Shown piece after piece: positions 59,336 through 64,000 of a DNA stretch of 64,000 bases. Where the stretch lies: NCBI RefSeq assembly GCF_039541115.1, contig NZ_BAABFP010000007.1, positions 434,001 to 498,000 of the forward strand, given 5' to 3'. The translations under genes and the position numbers were made by a program. How positions within the stretch are numbered: position 1 is the first letter of the stretch; the number at the start of each line of letters is the position of its first letter. The notes below the pieces were generated by a model. It did not search any database. It had not been told where the DNA came from and saw nothing but the letters and a program-made list of their open reading frames with translations. Source of the stretch: Angustibacter luteus (lineage in GTDB: Bacteria; Actinomycetota; Actinomycetes; Actinomycetales; Angustibacteraceae).

Positions 59336-60640
59336 GTGTGGATGCCAGCCGGGTCGGGGCCCTCGACGGCTCGCGTGGTCCCGCGCCGTGCGCTCGTGGT
59401 CGTCTGCGCCGCAAGCGCCGTGGAGTGGTACGACTACGCGGTCTACGGGGCGCTCGCGTCCGTGCTGGTCGGGGTGGTCCTGCCCAGCGGCGCGGCCCGC
59501 GAGGGTCTGGTCCCGGTCTTCGCGGTGTTCGCGACGTCGTTCCTGACCAGGCCGCTCGGAGCGATCCTGGTGGGCCTGCGGGCCGACCGGTCGGGACGTC
59601 GCCAGGCGCTGGCCACCATGGTCCTGCTGATGACCGCCGCCACGGCCGCGATCGGTTTGCTGCCGCCGTGGTCGGCCATCGGTCTGCTGGCCCCGGTCCT
59701 GCTGCTGCTGCTCCGGATGGTGCAGGGGTTCTCGTCCGGTGGTGGGATCAGCTCCTCGATCCCGTTCGTGGCCGAGTCCGCGCCGCGGACCCGATGGGGT
59801 CTGTACGGCGGCTGGCACACCTCGACCGTCGCCGGCGGCATCGCGTCGGGGATCGCAGTGGCCGGGATCGTCTCGGCCGTGCTGTCCGCCGACGACCTGC
59901 AGCGCTGGGGGTGGCGCATCCCGTTCTTGCTCGCGGTGCCGCTGGGTCTCGTCGGCTGGTCCGGGTGGCGGCGGTTGGGGGAGACCGCTGAGTTCCGGGC
60001 GCTGGGGCCAGGACGTCCCGCGCCGTCGCTCGGTCGGGTCTGGCGCGAGCACGGGCGCGCCGTCCGCACCGGTTTCGCGTTGATCGGGGTGCTCGCCGCC
60101 ACCTTCAACGTGTGGTTCGTCTTCCTGCCGGCCCATCTCGTCGCCGAGGACGTGCATCGGCTGCCCGTGGCGCTCGGCTGCGCGGGGGCGGGGCTGGTGG
60201 TCGCCGCGCTGTCCGCGCCGTTGCTGGGCCTGCTGTCCGACCGGGTCGGCCGACGACCGCTGCTGGCGACCGGGACGGTCGGGCTGGGCGTCCTGGTGCT
60301 GCCGCTCTACGGGCTGGCGAGCTCGGGCTCGACGTCCGGGCTGTTGGTCGCCGACGTCGTGGTGGGGGCATTGCTGGGGTCACTGGTGGTCAGCGCGTAC
60401 CTCGCCGAGCGCTTTCCCGTCGAGCTGCGGGCGACCGGTGTCGCGATGACGTACGGGCTGGCGACGGCACTGGTCGGCGGTACGGCGCCGCTGATCGGGA
60501 GCGTCCTGGCGAACCGCGGCTGGCCGGCCGGGGGAGCGATCTACCTCGCCGCGTGGTGCGCGGCCGGGGTGGTGGCCACCGTGCGGGCCCCGATAGCGCT
60601 CAGCTCGCCTGGTCGCCTCGCTGAACGTGCGCCTTGCTGA
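59336..60640 (+). CDS. MFS transporter (MHS/ProP-like)
   Basis: VEWYDYAVY, RPLG...G..ADR.GRR, LRMVQGFS.GG, GWRIPF, SDRVGRRP. Start uncertain. Confidence 0.9.
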   Translation: MWMPAGSGPSTARVVPRRALVVVCAASAVEWYDYAVYGALASVLVGVVLPSGAAREGLVPVFAVFATSFLTRPLGAILVGLRADRSGRRQALATMVLLMTAATAAIGLLPPWSAIGLLAPVLLLLLRMVQGFSSGGGISSSIPFVAESAPRTRWGLYGGWHTSTVAGGIASGIAVAGIVSAVLSADDLQRWGWRIPFLLAVPLGLVGWSGWRRLGETAEFRALGPGRPAPSLGRVWREHGRAVRTGFALIGVLAATFNVWFVFLPAHLVAEDVHRLPVALGCAGAGLVVAALSAPLLGLLSDRVGRRPLLATGTVGLGVLVLPLYGLASSGSTSGLLVADVVVGALLGSLVVSAYLAERFPVELRATGVAMTYGLATALVGGTAPLIGSVLANRGWPAGGAIYLAAWCAAGVVATVRAPIALSSPGRLAERAPC

Positions 60641-60791
60641 CCCGCAGGGTGTCGCCATCCTCGCAGCGCACGGTGTGCCGGCTGCTCGTGTCGTCCCCGA
60701 CCTGGAGCAGCTGCGCACGGTGACCTCGATGCGCACCGGCGATCAGGTGCACGTCGTCGCCGACCTCTAGCGTGTGGTCCGTCACCGGCAT
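60600..60791 (-). CDS. Small KOW-motif-like protein (63 aa)
   Basis: SD GGGAGG then ATG 60791; LEVGDDVHLIAGAHRGHRAQL fits the KOW pattern GDxVxIxxGxxxG. Confidence 0.6.
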   Translation of the reverse strand: MPVTDHTLEVGDDVHLIAGAHRGHRAQLLQVGDDTSSRHTVRCEDGDTLRVSKAHVQRGDQAS

Positions 60792-60916
60792 GGAGCCCTC
60801 CCGTCGCTCGTGAACGCTCTTCGTATCCCAGGTCCCGTTCGGTTGCACGCGGCAGCGACCCAATCGCTTCAGCTGGAGGGGTTGACCACGCGTCGCGGCC
60901 CGCCGAGGCTGGTCGG

Positions 60917-61255
60917 GTGGACGCCAAGCAGCTCCTCGACCACTGCTTGGCGCTGCCCGGCGCCTGGCAGGACCAGCCCTGGGGGGGCGACGTCGTCGCC
61001 AAGGTCGGCGAGAAGATCTTCGCCTTCACCGGCGAGGGGTCCGTGGGCCTGAAGTGCGGCCGGTCCCGGGACGAGGCCGACGAGTGGCTCCAGAGGTACC
61101 CCGACGACGCCAGCGTCATGGCCTACATCGGGCGGTACGGCTGGAACACGCTGACGCTGAACGGCGCGATCAGCGACGACGAGGTCCTCGAGGCCGTCGA
61201 CGCCTCGTACGCGGACGTCGTAGCGCGCCTGCCGAGGTCCCAGCGCCCGAGCTAG
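60917..61255 (+). CDS. MmcQ/YjbR family protein
   Basis: CLALPGAW.D.PW....V.KVG.KIFAF, YIGR.GWN, VDASY..VV..LP. Confidence 0.88.
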   Translation: MDAKQLLDHCLALPGAWQDQPWGGDVVAKVGEKIFAFTGEGSVGLKCGRSRDEADEWLQRYPDDASVMAYIGRYGWNTLTLNGAISDDEVLEAVDASYADVVARLPRSQRPS

Positions 61256-61378
61256 GTCCGCCGACGGCTGGGACGACGGGAGGGCCCGGGCACTGGTCAG
61301 CGCGTTCGTGTCACGGCAGGGTGGGCACGTGATGGCGACGTTACGTGCCCGACATCTGGAGCACCTACCGTGCGCCCG

Positions 61379-63013
61379 GTGAGCCAGGCCGCGTCCGTGC
61401 CGCCCCCGCCGGCGTCGTCCGGGGGCGAACGGCCACGCCCCGGCGCAGCCGCCTGGGACGAGATGTACGCCGCTCCGGGCCAACCGCGACCGGCCTACGA
61501 GAAGCTGCACGCCGCGCTGAGCAAGCTGACCGGCGCAGAGCTGCGCGGCCGGGTCGACGTCGTCGCCCGCACCTACCTCGACGCCGGGGTCACGTTCGAC
61601 ATCGGCGGCGAGGAGCGCCCGTTCCCCCTCGACGTCGTCCCACGGGTGATCACCGCCCAGGAGTGGTCCGAGGTCGAGGCCGGTGTGGCGCAACGGGTCC
61701 GCGCGCTCGAGGCCTTCCTGGAGGACGTCTACGGCCCGCAGACCGCGGTGCGCGACGGCGTCATCCCGCGCCGGGTCGTGACGTCGTCCGCGCACTTCCA
61801 CCGCGCCGCGGCGGGGATAGAACCGGTTGCGGGAGTGCGGGTGCACGTCTCCGGCATCGACCTGATCCGGGACGAGCGCGGCGAGTTCCGGGTGCTGGAG
61901 GACAACGTCCGGGTGCCGTCCGGGGTCAGCTACGTGCTGGAGAACCGTCAGGCGGTCAGCCAGGTGCTCCCCGAGCCGTTCCTGGCCCAGCGGGTTCGTC
62001 CGGTGCACGACTACCCGCGTCGTCTGCTCGCGGCCCTGCGCGCGACCGCCCCGGATGCCGAGGCCGACCCGAACGTGGTGGTGCTCACCCCGGGCATCTT
62101 CAACAGCGCCTACTTCGAGCACGCTCTGCTGGCAAGGACCATGGGCGTCGAGCTCGTCGAGGGAAGCGACCTGGTCTGCCACGGGGGGCGGCTCTGGATG
62201 CGGACGACGTCCGGTGAGCGGCGGGTCGACGTGGTCTACCGGCGGGTGGACGACGAGTACCTGGACCCGGTGCACTTCCGGGCCGACTCGATGCTCGGCT
62301 GCCCGGGGCTGCTCTCGGTGGCCCGCGCCGGCAACGTGACCCTGGCGAACGCGGTCGGCAACGGCGTCGCGGACGACAAGCTCGTCTACACCTACCTGCC
62401 GGACCTGACGCGGTACTACCTGGCCGAGGAACCGTTGCTGCGCAACGTGGACACCTGGCGGCTGGAGGAGCCGGAGGCGCTGGAGGAGGTGCTCGACCGG
62501 CTCGACGAGCTCGTGGTGAAGCCGGTGGACGGGTCCGGTGGCAAGGGGCTGGTCATCGGACCGGCCGCCAGCCGCGCCGAGCTGGACGTTCTGCGCCAGC
62601 GGCTGATCGCCGACCCGCGCGGCTGGATCGCGCAGCCGGTGATCTCGCTGTCCACCATCCCGACCGTGATCGACGACAAGCTGGCCCCGCGGCACGTCGA
62701 CCTGCGGCCGTTCGCCGTGAACAGCGGCGACGAGGTCTGGGTGCTGCCCGGCGGGCTGACCCGGGTCGCGATGCCCGAGGGCCAGCTGGTCGTCAACTCC
62801 AGCCAGGGCGGCGGGTCCAAGGACACCTGGGTGATCGGGGACGACGCCACCCCGCCGAGGCCCTCGCGGCGCCCGGCCCGGCAGGCCCAGATGGCTGGCC
62901 CGGACCTGGCGCCGGACGACGCTCGCGGCGAGCAGCAGCAACAACAGCAGCAGCAACGGCACCAGCAACGGCACCAGCAACGGCAGCAGGGCTGCGGGGA
63001 GCGGACGTGCTGA
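61379..63013 (+). CDS. Circularly permuted type 2 ATP-grasp protein
   Basis: ERPFPLD.VPR, GIDLIR, VLEDNVRVPSGVSY, VYRRVDD.YLDP, KPVDGSGG.G, HVDLRPF, VNSSQGGGSKDTW; polyQ tail. Start 61370 or 61379 (TACCGT-N7-GTG). Confidence 0.93.
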   Translation: MSQAASVPPPPASSGGERPRPGAAAWDEMYAAPGQPRPAYEKLHAALSKLTGAELRGRVDVVARTYLDAGVTFDIGGEERPFPLDVVPRVITAQEWSEVEAGVAQRVRALEAFLEDVYGPQTAVRDGVIPRRVVTSSAHFHRAAAGIEPVAGVRVHVSGIDLIRDERGEFRVLEDNVRVPSGVSYVLENRQAVSQVLPEPFLAQRVRPVHDYPRRLLAALRATAPDAEADPNVVVLTPGIFNSAYFEHALLARTMGVELVEGSDLVCHGGRLWMRTTSGERRVDVVYRRVDDEYLDPVHFRADSMLGCPGLLSVARAGNVTLANAVGNGVADDKLVYTYLPDLTRYYLAEEPLLRNVDTWRLEEPEALEEVLDRLDELVVKPVDGSGGKGLVIGPAASRAELDVLRQRLIADPRGWIAQPVISLSTIPTVIDDKLAPRHVDLRPFAVNSGDEVWVLPGGLTRVAMPEGQLVVNSSQGGGSKDTWVIGDDATPPRPSRRPARQAQMAGPDLAPDDARGEQQQQQQQQRHQQRHQQRQQGCGERTC

Positions 63014-63951
63014 GCCGGATCGCCGAGTCGATGTTCTGGATCGGCCGCTACCTGGAGCGGGCCGACGGGACGGCGCGCATCCTCGACGTCCACCTCCAGC
63101 TGCTGCTGGAGGACCCGTGGCTCGACGAGGACGCCTCGTGCCGGGTGCTGCTGGGAGTGATGGGCGCCGAACCCGTGGCCTTGGAGGAGAAGGTCACCCG
63201 GCTGACCATGCTGAACCGTCTCGCCTACGCGCGTGAGCCCGGCTCGATCGTGGACTCGCTGCGCGCGGCCCGGGCCAACGCCCGCCGGGCGCGCGAGACG
63301 ATCTCGACCGAGATGTGGGAGTCGCTGAACACGACCTACAACGCGTTGACGCCCACCGGACGCGCCGGGCGTGGTCCGCACCAGTTCATGGACTGGGTCC
63401 GGGAGCGGGTCGCCACGGTCGTGGGGATCGCCGACTCCACGATGAGCCGTGACGAGCCGTGGCACTTCCTGCTGCTGGGCCGGTCCATCGAACGCGTCGA
63501 CATGACCGCTCGGATGCTCGCGTCGGAGGACCTGCGCGGCTCGTCGGGGCCGGCCTGGGCGCTGGTGCTGCGCTCCTGCGGCGCGCACGAGGCGTTCGTG
63601 CGAGCGTTCGGAGCGGCCGCGACCGAGGACCGAGCCCTGGAGTTCATGCTGCTGGACCGGCTGTTCCCGCGGTCCGTCGTCAACGCGCTGCTGACCGCCG
63701 AGTCCTGCCTGGCCGCGTTGGAGGTCGACTCGGTCTCGGCCACCCGGCGGCTCGGGGTGCGCGACGACGCCCGGCGCCTGCTCGGTCGGCAGCGGACCGA
63801 CCTGGAGTACCGCCCGCTGTCCCAGATGCTGCTCGACCCGGCAGGCGAGATGGAGGAGCTGCAGCGCGCGGTGTCCCAGTCCAGCGAGGCGATCTCGCGG
63901 CGCTACTTCCCCCGTGGTGTGGCCACGTCCTGGGTCCGGGAGGTCTCGTGA
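63007..63951 (+). CDS. Alpha-E domain protein
   Basis: MLSRIAESMFWIGRYLERAD.TAR, GRSIER.DMTAR, FPRS. Confidence 0.93.
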   Translation: MLSRIAESMFWIGRYLERADGTARILDVHLQLLLEDPWLDEDASCRVLLGVMGAEPVALEEKVTRLTMLNRLAYAREPGSIVDSLRAARANARRARETISTEMWESLNTTYNALTPTGRAGRGPHQFMDWVRERVATVVGIADSTMSRDEPWHFLLLGRSIERVDMTARMLASEDLRGSSGPAWALVLRSCGAHEAFVRAFGAAATEDRALEFMLLDRLFPRSVVNALLTAESCLAALEVDSVSATRRLGVRDDARRLLGRQRTDLEYRPLSQMLLDPAGEMEELQRAVSQSSEAISRRYFPRGVATSWVREVS

Positions 63952-64000
63952 GCCTGGCCCCACTGGGACCCTCCGGTCCGCGGCTCCGTGTCGAGCACGT
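63948..64000 (+). CDS. Probable transglutaminase family protein (5' end only)
   Basis: GTGA overlap with alpha-E; MSLAPLGPSGPRLRVEH. RLRVEH and operon context suggest the bacterial transglutaminase N-terminal domain. Confidence 0.6.
   Translation, partial: MSLAPLGPSGPRLRVEH

Overview
A high-GC actinobacterial chromosome segment that is mostly core genome. Gene order: valS / ileS-folC-ndk-mreBCD-pbp2-rodA / DEAD-box helicase / TIGR03960-TIGR03936 radical SAM pair-rne / rplU-rpmA-obgE-proB-proA / nadD-LCP-rsfS-phosphatase-tRNA-Ala(GGC) / leuS-degV-plsY-comEA-comEC-holA-rpsT / circularly permuted ATP-grasp, alpha-E and a partial transglutaminase gene. Single accessory genes are interspersed: two GGDEF proteins, an M36 peptidase, a stand-alone LigD phosphoesterase, a secreted nuclease, a beta carbonic anhydrase and a MalT-like LuxR module. 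I saw no CRISPR array, prophage, integrase or transposase. The strongest signals are regulatory. (1) A sigma-28 (FliA/WhiG)-type promoter, (C/A)TCAAG-N15-G(C/A)CGAA, lies before both c-di-GMP genes and an uncharacterised repeat-containing membrane protein. (2) A 15-bp tandem array between degV and plsY forms a 25-aa mini-ORF that overlaps both neighbours by ATGA. (3) leuS has a leaderless Leu-Leu leader peptide with an attenuator, and ileS has a translational T-box. (4) Many genes look leaderless. Two functionally unresolved systems also stand out: the MalT-like regulator with two tandem paralogous microproteins, and the ATP-grasp/alpha-E/transglutaminase operon with a polyQ tail. Family calls come from motif recognition by eye; no database search was run.
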